Assembly: GCA_963717505.1 (NCBI GenBank)
Contig: OY970342.1
Location: 320,001-384,000, forward strand
Direction: 5' to 3'
Source of the DNA: Candidatus Eiseniibacteriota bacterium
GTDB taxonomy: Bacteria > Eisenbacteria > RBG-16-71-46
DNA length: 64,000 nucleotides
Shown piece after piece: positions 32,588 to 43,820 of this stretch; within the stretch, counting starts at the first letter, position 1; each line of letters starts with the position of its first letter. Both the position numbers and the translations under genes were made by a program. Below the pieces are notes generated by a model, which saw only the letters and a program-made list of their open reading frames with translations, made no database searches and was not told where the DNA came from.

Positions 32588-35365
32588 ATGCACCGCATCT
32601 CGAGATTCCTTTCTGCCCTCGGATTCCTGGTCGTCCTCACCCACGTGGCGACCGCCGCCACCGCGCCGACCACTCCGACGTTCGTCCTGTCGTGGGGCAA
32701 CGTTGGTTCCGCGCTCACGCAGTTCATCTATCCGTTCGATGTGGCAACCGACGCACTCGGCAACCTCTACGTCGCGGACCAGCTCAACCACCGCATACAG
32801 AAGTTCGATCGCCTCGGGAACTACCTGGGTCACTGGGGCTCGTTCGGTACCGGTGACGGCGAGTTCGACAACCCGTTCGGCGTGGCCATCGATGCTGCCG
32901 GCAACGTGTACGTCTCGGACAATGGCAACCACCGAATGCAGAAGTTCAGCAGCACGGGCGCCTACCTCGCCCAGTGGGGTTCGTTCGGGACCGGCAACGG
33001 ACAATTGCGCTACCCCATGGCCCAGGTCATCGACGCCGCTGGCAATGTCTATGTCGTGGACCAATACAATCAACGCATCCAGAAGTTCACGGCTGCGGGG
33101 GTCTACGTCACGCAGTGGGGCACGCTGGGCAGTGGGAACGGCCAGTTCTGGAATCCGGTCGGCATCGCCCTCGACCCGGCGGGCAACGTCTACGTCGCCG
33201 ATCAGAACAACCACCGCATCCAGAAGTTCAGCCCCGCCGGCGCCTATCTCTCGCAATGGGGCTCGTTCGGCAGCGGCAACGGACAGCTCTACTTCCCGAC
33301 CGGCGTGGACATCGACGCGACCGGCAACGTCTACGTCGCCGATCGATACAACCACCGGATCCAGAAGTTCAGCGGTGCGGGCGACTACCTCACTCAGTGG
33401 GGTTCGAACGGAAGCGGCCCTGGGCAGTTCGTCGAACCCACCGGCGTGGCCGTCGACGCCGCCGCCAACGTGTACGTCGCGGACTACTACAATCATCGCA
33501 TCCAGAAGTTCAACGGCGCCGGCGCGGCCCTCTCCGAGCCGGCGGGCGCGTACCTGCTCAAGTGGGGCACGTTCGGCAGCGGCGCCGGGCAGTTCAACTA
33601 TCCCTGGGACGTGGTCCTCGACGCTGCCGACAACATCTACGTCGCCGACTACAGCAACAACCGGATCCAGAAGTTCAGCCGCACGGGCGCCTACCTCTCC
33701 CAGTGGGGCTCGCCCGGCAACGGCAACGGACAGTTCAACGCTCCCGCGCGCCTGGCCATCGACGCGGCGGGGAACATCTATGTAGCCGATCAGTACAACA
33801 ACCGCATCCAGAAGTTCAGTAGCGCCGGCACCTACATCACCCAGTGGGGCTCCTTGGGCGCCGGTGACGGACAGTTCAGCTACCCCATTGGGCTGGCCGT
33901 GGACGCCGCTGGCAACGTGTACGTTGCCGATACGTACAACAGCCGCATCCAGAAGTTCAGCGACTCCGGCACCTACCTCACCCAGTGGGGCTCGCTCGGC
34001 AGCGGCAACGGGCAGTTCAATTATCCGATCGCCATCGCGACCGACGCCGCCGGCAACGTCTACGTGGCGGACTACTTCAACCGTCGCATGCAGAAGTTCA
34101 GCAGCACAGGCGCCTACATCACACAGTGGGGCACGCCCGGCAGCGGCAACGGCGAGTTCGGCTTCCCCCGAGGTGTGACCGTCGATGCGGCCGGGAACGT
34201 CTACGTGAACGACGTCGGCAACTCCCGCATCCAGAAGTTCACCGGCGCGGGGACCTACCTCACCCAATGGGGCTCGCTCGGCAGTGGTGATGGCCAATTC
34301 AACTTTTTCACCGGCGTGAGCACCGATGCGTCGGGCAACGTCTACGTTTGCGATACCGAAAACCAACGCATCCAGAAGTTCGTGATGCCTCCAGCCATCG
34401 CCCTGGTCTCGGACGTCGGGAACGATCAGGGCCGCCAGGTTCAAGTTCGATTCTTGCGTTCCTCGGCGGACGCGCCCGGCACCGGAGTTCTGGTGACCGG
34501 ATACGAGGTCTACCGGCGTAACGATCCGCTCCCGGGAGTCGCGGCGGACGGGAAATCAGCCGAGAGTGTCGGCGCCTCGCGGCCGAACGATCCGCCGGAT
34601 GGGCTCCTGCTCGCCGGCTGGACCTATCTCATGACCGCGCCGGCCCACGGTGAGAGCGAGTACAACGTCGTGGTGCCGACGCTGGTCGACGCCACCGCCG
34701 GATCGCTCGAATACTCCGCGTTCATGGTCCGGGCTGCGTCCGGCGACCCGTTCACTTTCTATGACTCGGGCGTCGACAACGGCTTCTCGGTGGACAATCT
34801 GTCGCCGCCCGCTCCAACGCCGTTCACGGCGGCCTACGCCGCAGGCGCCACCAACCTGCATTGGGGTGTGAGCACGGCTTCCGACTTCGCCACGTTCCGG
34901 CTCTACCGCGGCGAAAGTGCCGACTTCGTTCCGGGAGCCGGCAACCTCGTTGCTGCCTCTCCCGACACGGGCTACATGGATGAGGGGCCTGCTGGGCGCT
35001 ATTACAAGCTGTCCGCCGTGGATTGGAATGGAAACGAAAGCCCGCACGTGCTGGTTGGCCCGAACACGACATTGGACGCGCCGGCCGCTCCCGCGGTGGC
35101 GTTCGCCCTCGAGGGGGCGCACCCGAACCCCGCGGTCGGCGGCCGAATGATGGTGGCGTTCGCGTTGCCATCGGACGCGCCGGCCACGATCGAGCTGATC
35201 GACCTCGCGGGCCGGCGGGTGCTGGCGCGCTCCGTGGGTTCCCTGGGTGCAGGGCGCCACACCTTGGACCTCGCAGCGGGACATAGGTTGGCGCCCGGTG
35301 TGTATCTCGTGAGGCTCACCCAGCGCCAAAACACGCGGGTCGTTCGGGTGGCGGCGATCAACTAG
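32588..35365 (+). CDS. Secreted NHL-repeat protein (12 repeats) with FlgD/T9SS-like C-terminal domain
   Basis: Signal peptide; 12 copies of WGS.G.G.GQF..P.G.A.D..GNVYVAD..N.RIQKF; C-terminal PNP...DLAGR...PGVYLV. Confidence 0.9.
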   Translation: MHRISRFLSALGFLVVLTHVATAATAPTTPTFVLSWGNVGSALTQFIYPFDVATDALGNLYVADQLNHRIQKFDRLGNYLGHWGSFGTGDGEFDNPFGVAIDAAGNVYVSDNGNHRMQKFSSTGAYLAQWGSFGTGNGQLRYPMAQVIDAAGNVYVVDQYNQRIQKFTAAGVYVTQWGTLGSGNGQFWNPVGIALDPAGNVYVADQNNHRIQKFSPAGAYLSQWGSFGSGNGQLYFPTGVDIDATGNVYVADRYNHRIQKFSGAGDYLTQWGSNGSGPGQFVEPTGVAVDAAANVYVADYYNHRIQKFNGAGAALSEPAGAYLLKWGTFGSGAGQFNYPWDVVLDAADNIYVADYSNNRIQKFSRTGAYLSQWGSPGNGNGQFNAPARLAIDAAGNIYVADQYNNRIQKFSSAGTYITQWGSLGAGDGQFSYPIGLAVDAAGNVYVADTYNSRIQKFSDSGTYLTQWGSLGSGNGQFNYPIAIATDAAGNVYVADYFNRRMQKFSSTGAYITQWGTPGSGNGEFGFPRGVTVDAAGNVYVNDVGNSRIQKFTGAGTYLTQWGSLGSGDGQFNFFTGVSTDASGNVYVCDTENQRIQKFVMPPAIALVSDVGNDQGRQVQVRFLRSSADAPGTGVLVTGYEVYRRNDPLPGVAADGKSAESVGASRPNDPPDGLLLAGWTYLMTAPAHGESEYNVVVPTLVDATAGSLEYSAFMVRAASGDPFTFYDSGVDNGFSVDNLSPPAPTPFTAAYAAGATNLHWGVSTASDFATFRLYRGESADFVPGAGNLVAASPDTGYMDEGPAGRYYKLSAVDWNGNESPHVLVGPNTTLDAPAAPAVAFALEGAHPNPAVGGRMMVAFALPSDAPATIELIDLAGRRVLARSVGSLGAGRHTLDLAAGHRLAPGVYLVRLTQRQNTRVVRVAAIN
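32680..34385 (+). repeat. Coding tandem repeat of about 141 bp (47-aa NHL unit), 12 copies
   Basis: Recurring CAGAAGTTC and CAGTGGGG segments at about 141-nt spacing. Confidence 0.85.
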
Positions 35366-35488
35366 GCGAGAGTCCAGCCTCTCGGGAACGGCGGGGCGCT
35401 GCGATCGATCGCGCTTGCGCGTGGCGCCCCGCTTGTCGCATCTTCCAGTGTTCGCTACCACACCCACGCCCCTCTAAAGGCTGAAATC

Positions 35489-37139
<1,651 letters not shown>

Positions 37140-37168
<29 letters not shown>

Positions 37169-37703
37169 CCGCGCGTCGCATGCGCACGAAGCGCAGGGTC
37201 ACGCCGTCCGGAAGCGTGTCGAGAACTTCCTCCTCGGCGGCGAACCCGAGCGCGGCGTAGAACGGGACCCCAGGCAGCGTCGCCATCAGCTCGAGGGTCG
37301 AGAAGCCGGCCGCGCGGGCGGCGTCCTCGCAGGCCGCCAGCAGCTTGCGACCGATGCCTCGGCGCACGGCCTCGGGAGCGACGAAGAAGGCACGAATCCG
37401 CGCGGCGTCCTTCTGGGGATCCAGTTGCTCGGCAGTGCCGGTAGGTCGCTGGTCCCCGCCATACAGGTTCCGGCGGAAGCTCCACCCGCCGCAGGCGACC
37501 GGAACGTCGTTCATCTCCACGACGAAGTAGGTTCCGTCGGCGATCAAGGTCGAGTCGACGCCAAACACGTGCCGCAGCGCCGATTCGATCTCGGTGTCCG
37601 AGTAGAACCCCCGGCTCAGGCCGCGTGCCGAGCGCTCGATCAAGTCGCGCAGGACCGGAATGTCCGCGGCTAGAGCCAACCGGATCACGATCTCGTCTTT
37701 CAA
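37140..37703 (-). CDS. GNAT family N-acetyltransferase
   Basis: FGVDSTLIADGTYFV, RAFFVAP...RRGIGR, ATLPGVPFY; TTG start with GAGG RBS. Confidence 0.88.
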
Positions 37704-37757
37704 AATGCGTCCTCGAGGGCTGAGAGCCACGCCTGGCTTCCGTTGCCTCCCCGAATC

Positions 37758-38441
37758 CTATGCGAAGCTGTCCGACTGGGGATCCCAGAAGTCGCCGACG
37801 AGCCCAATGCCCGCGAAGATCCGGCGGATCTCGTCGGGCTGGGGACGGCGGGAGTTCTCGTCGAGCCTGGTCGAGTACCAGGTGGTCGCGAGCTGCCAGA
37901 GCTGGCCCATGCCGACGATCGGGCGCACCGGATGTCCGTTCGCTGCGCACCACTGACGCACCCGCTCTTCCGACCGGAAGAAGAGCATGTTCCTTCAGGT
38001 GAAGACCAAGTCGTTCCACCACTGGGCGGCGGGAACCAGGCAGTGGAACAGCCAATCCGAAGGACCTGGGCCGTCGACGCCGACTTCCATCTCCAGAGGC
38101 TCGAGCGACTGCTCGCATCGCGAGCGGACGGTGCCCGCTCGACGCAGCGCCGCTGGAATGCCGAGGGCGTCCCAGGCGCAATTCGCGAAGTAGTCGACCC
38201 CGCCCGACGTGATTTTGTGCTGCGTGGGCACGCCGGAGAACGGTGGCGCCATCCGGATCGAGACGCCATCCGGCTCGAGCAGCAGCACGCGCAGCGCACG
38301 CAGCCTTCCGTAGGCTTCGACCACGGCGTCGCGAGTCGAGCCGACGCGCTCGGCGACCACCTCGGGCGTCGGCCTACGGCCGGTTTCGGCAAAGTACCGG
38401 TAGACCGCCATCTTCACCCGGACGTCGAAGTCGGCGGTCAT
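37758..38441 (-). CDS. MerB-like organomercurial lyase with in-frame UGA (predicted selenocysteine at residue 149)
   Basis: MAPPFSGVPT.H, YFANCAWDALG (MerB CxxD), then WWNDLVFT-TGA-RNMLFFRSEE. ORFs 37995..38552 and 37758..37988 are in the same frame. Confidence 0.85.
37964..37986 (-). promoter_or_regulatory. Candidate bacterial SECIS hairpin
   Basis: GCUC-UUC-UUCC-GGUC-GGAA-GAGC begins 8 nt after the UGA; G-led apical loop and a U-containing bulge. Confidence 0.7.
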
Positions 38442-39133
38442 GGCACGAGCTGACGAGCCAGAGTCGCGAGGTCGGGAACCTCGAGGTCCGGCGCGGCGTC
38501 GGAGAGCGGTGTCGCTCCTTCGCCCGGTTTTCCTTGACGCCGGTTGACCCACACGGTCGACAGACCCAGACGCTTGGCGGGAGCGATGTCGTGATAGCGA
38601 CTCTGCGCGACATGAAGGATTCGGCTTCGCGGCACCGTGATGCGCTCGAAGGCACGCAGGAAATTCTTCTCGGAAGGCTTGTACGACCGCGCCTGCTGCG
38701 CAGTGACGATCCAGTCGAACTTCACACCCAGTTTGCTTGCCGAATGCTGGAACAGGTCGTCGTCGATGTTCGAGATGACCGCGAGCTTGTACCGCTTCGC
38801 GAGCGCGCGCAGCGCTTCAGCGGAGTCCGGAAACGCCGGCCAGTCGGCGACCGATTGCGCGAAGGTCTCGCGCTCGGCGCGGGTCGGCTTGAACCCGAAC
38901 TTGGCGCCCAGCCCTTCCAACACTCGGGTCAGGACCACGCGATACTCGACATAGGGCCCGGCTTCGACTTGGCTCTCGAGCCGGCCAAAGAGAACGAGCG
39001 CGGCTTCCGGCTCGACGGTGGCGCCGCAGGCGGCGGCGATCGGCAGCAGGGCGTTCAGAATCCCCTGCTCCCAGTCGATCAAGGTTCCGTAGCAGTCGAA
39101 GGTCAAGACTTCGTAGGCTGCGGGGTCGATCAT
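38438..39133 (-). CDS. HAD-superfamily hydrolase (haloacid dehalogenase type II-like)
   Basis: LTFDCYGTLIDWE, ISNID, SYKP, HVAQSRYHDI. Confidence 0.9.
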   Translation of the reverse strand: MIDPAAYEVLTFDCYGTLIDWEQGILNALLPIAAACGATVEPEAALVLFGRLESQVEAGPYVEYRVVLTRVLEGLGAKFGFKPTRAERETFAQSVADWPAFPDSAEALRALAKRYKLAVISNIDDDLFQHSASKLGVKFDWIVTAQQARSYKPSEKNFLRAFERITVPRSRILHVAQSRYHDIAPAKRLGLSTVWVNRRQGKPGEGATPLSDAAPDLEVPDLATLARQLVP

Positions 39134-39203
39134 GCGAATGCACTGTGGTGACTTTTCCCGCCGCTGACAACCACCAGTAGAACCAGGAGCAATCTTTTCC
39201 GTC

Positions 39204-39677
39204 ATGCGCCGCCGAGTCCGCAGGATTTCGCAGAGTCTCTCGTGGATGCTCGTGCTGGCGGCCGTCGTTCCCGACGTCCGTTGGTGCGAAGCCGCCTGGG
39301 CCGATCTCCCGGTCGAATGCCTGTTGGCGAGCGAGAGCTCTGCGGCCTGCGCGGCGGCGCCGAGCGAATCCCCACCCGATGACGGCGAAACCGAGTCGAG
39401 CTGCCCGCTCGACGAGCCGATCGGTTGCGGCGGCAGCTGTCCAATCGCTCCGTTCGCCGATCGAGCCTGGTGCCCCTCGGATGCGCTGGGCGCCGAAGCT
39501 TTGCCCGGCCAGGCGCCGACCATGCCCACGCTCGATCTCGCGAGTGGCGTTCTTCCCGATGAAACGGCGCACGAGACTCCAGCGCCGGCGCGAGCACCGG
39601 ATCCAGACGGCATCCCACCGCCGCTGGACCGGCAGCCGCGCGCCCGTCCCCCGGTTCGCGCTCCTCCTCAGGTCTGA
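39204..39677 (+). CDS. Cys-rich exported leader protein with C-terminal RAPP arrest motif (DUF2946/CruR-like)
   Basis: Basic then hydrophobic N-terminus, 7 Cys, Pro-rich tail ending RARPPVRAPPQV. Confidence 0.6.
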   Translation: MRRRVRRISQSLSWMLVLAAVVPDVRWCEAAWADLPVECLLASESSAACAAAPSESPPDDGETESSCPLDEPIGCGGSCPIAPFADRAWCPSDALGAEALPGQAPTMPTLDLASGVLPDETAHETPAPARAPDPDGIPPPLDRQPRARPPVRAPPQV

Positions 39678-39756
39678 AGCAGGCGCGTCGCTTGTGACCC
39701 GCGAGGCATACCGTCTCGTCGGGCGAGTGCGTCACTTCAACCGTAGGAGCTTTCCC

Positions 39757-39903
39757 ATGAAGCTGATCCTGACCTACCTCGGCCTGGTCACGGCGCTCGC
39801 GTTCGCGGCCGCCGCGACCTCGGGCAGCGCGACTGCCGGAAACACGTCGGCGGAGTCGTGTTCCGTCGCGTGCAGGCCGTGCCCGCTCCCGTGTGCGCCG
39901 TAA
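39757..39903 (+). CDS. 48-aa secreted Cys-rich peptide
   Basis: AGGAG RBS; MKLILTYLGLVTALAFAAAATSGSATAGNTSAESCSVACRPCPLPCAP. Confidence 0.65.
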   Translation: MKLILTYLGLVTALAFAAAATSGSATAGNTSAESCSVACRPCPLPCAP

Positions 39904-40033
39904 CGGCGGGCGAGGCAAATCTGTAGTCAGTCGCTGAGCAACAGATCGGCGCGGGGGCAGCTCGCCTCCGCGCCGTTTGGTTTGCCGCACAACGCTGCCA
40001 CTGGCTCTAGATCTGGCGTGTGTATTCCCGAGC

Positions 40034-41407
40034 TCAGACCGCCGCGAAGGCCTCGAGAATGCGCGCAACGTGCCGCGCGTGCTTCAAGTACAAGTCGATC
40101 CGGATGTTCTCGTCGGGCGCGTGCGCGCGCGTGTCGGGGTGGCCGAGCCCGGCGCAGGCCACCGGCACGCCGAGGTCGTGGATGAAGCAGTGGTTGGGTC
40201 CCGAGCCGCCGATCATCGGCACGATCTGCATGGGTTGGCCGTAGATCGGGGTCGCGGTCTCGCACACCAACTTGAGGAACGGATCGTCGGGGTCGGTGCG
40301 CCCTGCAGGATTGCCGCCCAGGAACTTGATCTCGACGTCAGGGAAACCCTGCGCATCGAGATGCGCACGCAGGTTCTTCAACACTTCGGCCGGCGTCTGA
40401 TCGGGCACCAACCGGAAGTCGACCTTGGCCGACGCGCGCGCCGGCAGCACCGTCTTGGATCCTGCGCCCTGATATCCCGACGTCAATCCGCAAATTGTGC
40501 ACGTAGGCTCGAAGACTTCTGCAACGCGCAGGTCGACGCCACCGGTCAGCCCGCGCAGGAACTCCTTCACTCCATAGCGCTCGCGGTACTCGCCGGCGAC
40601 CTCCGGCAGCGCCGCCAGCAGTTCGCGGTCGCGCGCGGTCGGCGGCTTCACGGAGTCGTAGTGGCCGGGAATCCGAATGCGTTCGTCGGGTCCCTTGAGC
40701 GTGCCGAGTGCCCAGGTCAGACGCCAGGCCGCGTTCGGGAAGATCGAGCCACCGATCCCGGAGTGGACGTCGATTTTTTCGGTCACGACCGAAAGTTCGA
40801 CGTAGCAGATGCCGCGCAGCCCCGCGTACTGCATGGGCAGGTCGCGGTGGTCGACGCTGCCGAATTCCCACAAGCACGCGTCGCCCTTCAATCGCTCGCG
40901 GTTGGCGCGCACGAAATCGGGCAAGTGAACGCTGCCGACTTCCTCCTCACCCTCGACCACGAACTTGATCCGGCACGGCAGCTCGCCGCTGGTGGCGAGC
41001 AGGGCGTCGAGCGCGTGCAGGCGCGACACGAAGTGGCCCTTGTCGTCGCTGATGCCGCGGCCGAATAGCTTGCCGTCGCGGCGCGCGGGCTCGAACGGCG
41101 GCGAGGTCCATAGCTCCAAGGGCTCGGGCGGCTGAACGTCGTAGTGGTTGTAGATGAGCAGCGTGCGATCGCTCGCGCCCGCTCGTTCGGCGACCACCAC
41201 CGGATGGCCCCCGGTCGGCAGGATCTCGACCCTGAAGCCGCGCTTCTCGAGCATCGCGCCGACCAGTTTGGCGCAGGCTTCCATCCCCAGGTTCTGTGCG
41301 GCAACGCTGGGCTGCGCGACCAGGCGCGTCAGCTCGGTCAGGCTGTCCTCGAGGTGAGACTCGAGCCAGCGGTCGACGGCGGCGAGATCGATGCTCTGCG
41401 TTTTCAT
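40034..41407 (-). CDS. M20/M25/M40 family metallo-hydrolase (dipeptidase-like)
   Basis: YNHYDVQP, GRGISDDKG, EGEEEVGS, HAPDEN. Confidence 0.92.
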   Translation of the reverse strand: MKTQSIDLAAVDRWLESHLEDSLTELTRLVAQPSVAAQNLGMEACAKLVGAMLEKRGFRVEILPTGGHPVVVAERAGASDRTLLIYNHYDVQPPEPLELWTSPPFEPARRDGKLFGRGISDDKGHFVSRLHALDALLATSGELPCRIKFVVEGEEEVGSVHLPDFVRANRERLKGDACLWEFGSVDHRDLPMQYAGLRGICYVELSVVTEKIDVHSGIGGSIFPNAAWRLTWALGTLKGPDERIRIPGHYDSVKPPTARDRELLAALPEVAGEYRERYGVKEFLRGLTGGVDLRVAEVFEPTCTICGLTSGYQGAGSKTVLPARASAKVDFRLVPDQTPAEVLKNLRAHLDAQGFPDVEIKFLGGNPAGRTDPDDPFLKLVCETATPIYGQPMQIVPMIGGSGPNHCFIHDLGVPVACAGLGHPDTRAHAPDENIRIDLYLKHARHVARILEAFAAV

Positions 41408-41415
41408 GATCGTTC

Positions 41416-42003
41416 CTAGCGCGGGTAGCCGAACATGCCTTGCACCCGCAGGGTGAGGAGGTTGGAGGCCTCGTCCGAAGTCGCGATGTACTGGTACAGC
41501 AGCTCGGCGCCCCAGGCCACGTTCGGCGCGGTCAGATACTCGACGCCAACACCCGCCAGGAAACCGAGGTCGGTGGCGGACTCGTCACGCCGGCCGGCGT
41601 TCCACTCCTGGCGCGACCGGATGTTGTAGAGACCCAGGCCGCCGCGTACGAAGGGCACCACCGGATCGTCGGTCGCAATCCGGTAGCGGGCGTGAGCGAC
41701 GATCGGGATCATCTGGACCGAGAAATCCACGGGCGCGCCCTGGACCGCCGTCAGGTCTTTCTCGAAGTCGTCGTTGCCGCCGAAGCCGTGCCACGACAGC
41801 TCGCCGCCGAATCCCCACGGTCCGCGGACCACCAAGTCGGTCACGAAACCCACGTTGAAACCGGTGCTGGCGTGGTCGGCGAACGAGCCAATCGGCATGC
41901 CGACGCCGCCGTTGAAACCCATCCACATGGTGGGCTGCGACCGGGCGGCACCGGCCAGCAGGGTCGTGAGCAATAGCGTCGCGATCGCAATCCGTTTGCG
42001 CAT
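41416..42003 (-). CDS. Small outer-membrane beta-barrel protein (OmpA/OmpW-like)
   Basis: Signal peptide, PFVRGGLG, GFLAGVGVEY, terminal FGY. Confidence 0.75.
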   Translation of the reverse strand: MRKRIAIATLLLTTLLAGAARSQPTMWMGFNGGVGMPIGSFADHASTGFNVGFVTDLVVRGPWGFGGELSWHGFGGNDDFEKDLTAVQGAPVDFSVQMIPIVAHARYRIATDDPVVPFVRGGLGLYNIRSRQEWNAGRRDESATDLGFLAGVGVEYLTAPNVAWGAELLYQYIATSDEASNLLTLRVQGMFGYPR

Positions 42004-42106
42004 TCCATCTCCTCGAATCGTGTGGCGAAGTCGGTCGGCCGCCGCAGGTGTCGGACCGGCAGTGCCGGACCGAGGTTCTCCGGGAACTGGTACCATACCC
42101 GCCCTC

Positions 42107-42982
42107 ATGCCGCGATCCGCCGCAGCTTCATCTCGCGCGCCGCAGCCCAGCGTGTCCCAGCGCGTGCTCGCCGACTGGACGGCCGCCGCTGCGGGCTGGG
42201 AACGCTGGGAGCCGATGATCCAGCACTCGCTGGCGGCGATCGATCCCGTGCTGCTGCGGGCCGCCGACCTTCGGCCCGGTCAGCGGGTCCTCGACGTCGC
42301 CTGCGGCATCGGTGACCCGGCACTGGCCATCGCGCGCTGGATCGGCCCGCGCGGAACGGTGCTCGGAGTCGACGTCGCGCCGCCGATGATCGAGGTGGCG
42401 CGCCGGCGCGCGAAAGGGCTCGACATCCGGAACGCACGGTTTCGCGCCGGGGACATGAGCCGGATGAAGTTCCCGCGAGGGCGCTTCCACCGGATCGTGT
42501 CGCGCTTCGGGATCATGTTCGTCGAAGACCTCTCGAGGGCGCTTGAGAATCTGCACAGCGCCCTGGCTCCCGGCGGGCGCATCGCGTTCGCGGTCTGGGC
42601 TCAGGCCCATCGCAATTCCATGCTCTCGATCGCAACCATGGTGATGAAGCCCTACATGAAGGAGCCGCCGCCCGATCCCGAGGCCGGCCCGCATCCGATG
42701 CGACTCGGCCGGCCGACGTTGTTCCCGCGCTTGTTGAGGTCGGCGGGCTTCCACGGCATCCGCGCCGAGGAAGTCACGATGGCGTTCGTCTACCAGTCAC
42801 CCGAGCAGTTCGTGGAGGCCACGCTCGAGATCTCGTCGGCATCACGGGCGCTCTACGCCAAGTTGTCGCGAGGCGATCAGGCGCGCGTGCGCGTCGGCAT
42901 GGCGAAAGTCGCGAGACGCTTCAAGGATGGAGCGCTCTACCGGCTTCCAGGAATTGCGCGCGTGGTGTCGGCGACGCGATAG
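42107..42982 (+). CDS. Class I SAM-dependent methyltransferase
   Basis: VLDVACGIG, SRFGIMF, LAPGGR. Confidence 0.88.
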   Translation: MPRSAAASSRAPQPSVSQRVLADWTAAAAGWERWEPMIQHSLAAIDPVLLRAADLRPGQRVLDVACGIGDPALAIARWIGPRGTVLGVDVAPPMIEVARRRAKGLDIRNARFRAGDMSRMKFPRGRFHRIVSRFGIMFVEDLSRALENLHSALAPGGRIAFAVWAQAHRNSMLSIATMVMKPYMKEPPPDPEAGPHPMRLGRPTLFPRLLRSAGFHGIRAEEVTMAFVYQSPEQFVEATLEISSASRALYAKLSRGDQARVRVGMAKVARRFKDGALYRLPGIARVVSATR

Positions 42983-42983
42983 C

Positions 42984-43820
42984 CTACTTCGCGACCCCCT
43001 CCGCCCAACTCCGCGCGAACCAGATCGCCGCGTCGGGCCGTTCGCCCCAGGTGCGCACCGCTGCGGTCACACGCTCCAGCTCGGCCTTGGCCACGCCCCC
43101 GACCAGCACGATTTCCCCCGCCGCGCCCTCGAGAATTCGCGCGATGTTCTCGACGTAGTCGCCAAAATCCGGCTCGCCGGCGCAACCGCCGAAGAACAGC
43201 CAGCGATTGCGCGCCGGCCTGACGCCCGCGGCGTGCAGCAGCTCGACCAGACGACGGCCGACGATCGAATCGTTGCCGTGCGCCTCGTAGACGCTCATGT
43301 ACGCCTGCCACACCGGAACGAAACCCGGCGGCTCCGGCCACAGACGCAACACGTCGTGGTCGTCGTCCTCGAGGATCAGGCGACCTCCCGGCCGCGCGGC
43401 GCGCGCCATTTGCCGCACCACCGCCAACGGATCGGGCACGTGCTCGAGAATGAAACGAGCGTGAACGATGTCGAAACTTCGCCACTCGCCGTCGGCGAGC
43501 GGAAACGCCAGCGCATCGCCCGCCCGGAACTCGACCAATCCGCTCTCGCCTGCCTCGCGCGCCATGCGCTCGGCTTCGGCGATCTGGTCGGTGCTGCGCT
43601 CGATGCCGATCACGCGCCCGGTCGGTCCGACCACGTGGGCGATCGCGCGCGACAGCAGACCCAAACCGCTGCCGACGTCGAGCACCCGGTCGCCAGGCGC
43701 CGGCGCCATCGCCTCGAGCGTGGTCGCGTTCAACAGCTCGTTCATGCGGGCGAGTCGGCGTTGTTCGACCGGGTCGGTGCCATGCACGTAGCGCGATTCG
43801 GTCACGGCGCCGATCTCCAT
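42984..43820 (-). CDS. Class I SAM-dependent methyltransferase
   Basis: YVHG...EQRRL, VLDVGSGLG, HARFILEH, RPGG. Confidence 0.87.
   Translation of the reverse strand: MEIGAVTESRYVHGTDPVEQRRLARMNELLNATTLEAMAPAPGDRVLDVGSGLGLLSRAIAHVVGPTGRVIGIERSTDQIAEAERMAREAGESGLVEFRAGDALAFPLADGEWRSFDIVHARFILEHVPDPLAVVRQMARAARPGGRLILEDDDHDVLRLWPEPPGFVPVWQAYMSVYEAHGNDSIVGRRLVELLHAAGVRPARNRWLFFGGCAGEPDFGDYVENIARILEGAAGEIVLVGGVAKAELERVTAAVRTWGERPDAAIWFARSWAEGVAK

Noticed and set aside
32680-34385. Regularly spaced repeats resembling a CRISPR array
   Set aside because: The period is 141 nt and in frame, encoding NHL blades; there are no unique spacers and no cas genes.
37758-37988. Separate 76-aa gene, or a nonsense pseudogene of merB
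   Set aside because: It is in frame with the upstream half, the stop is UGA at an expected Cys position, and a SECIS-like hairpin follows; Sec readthrough explains it better.
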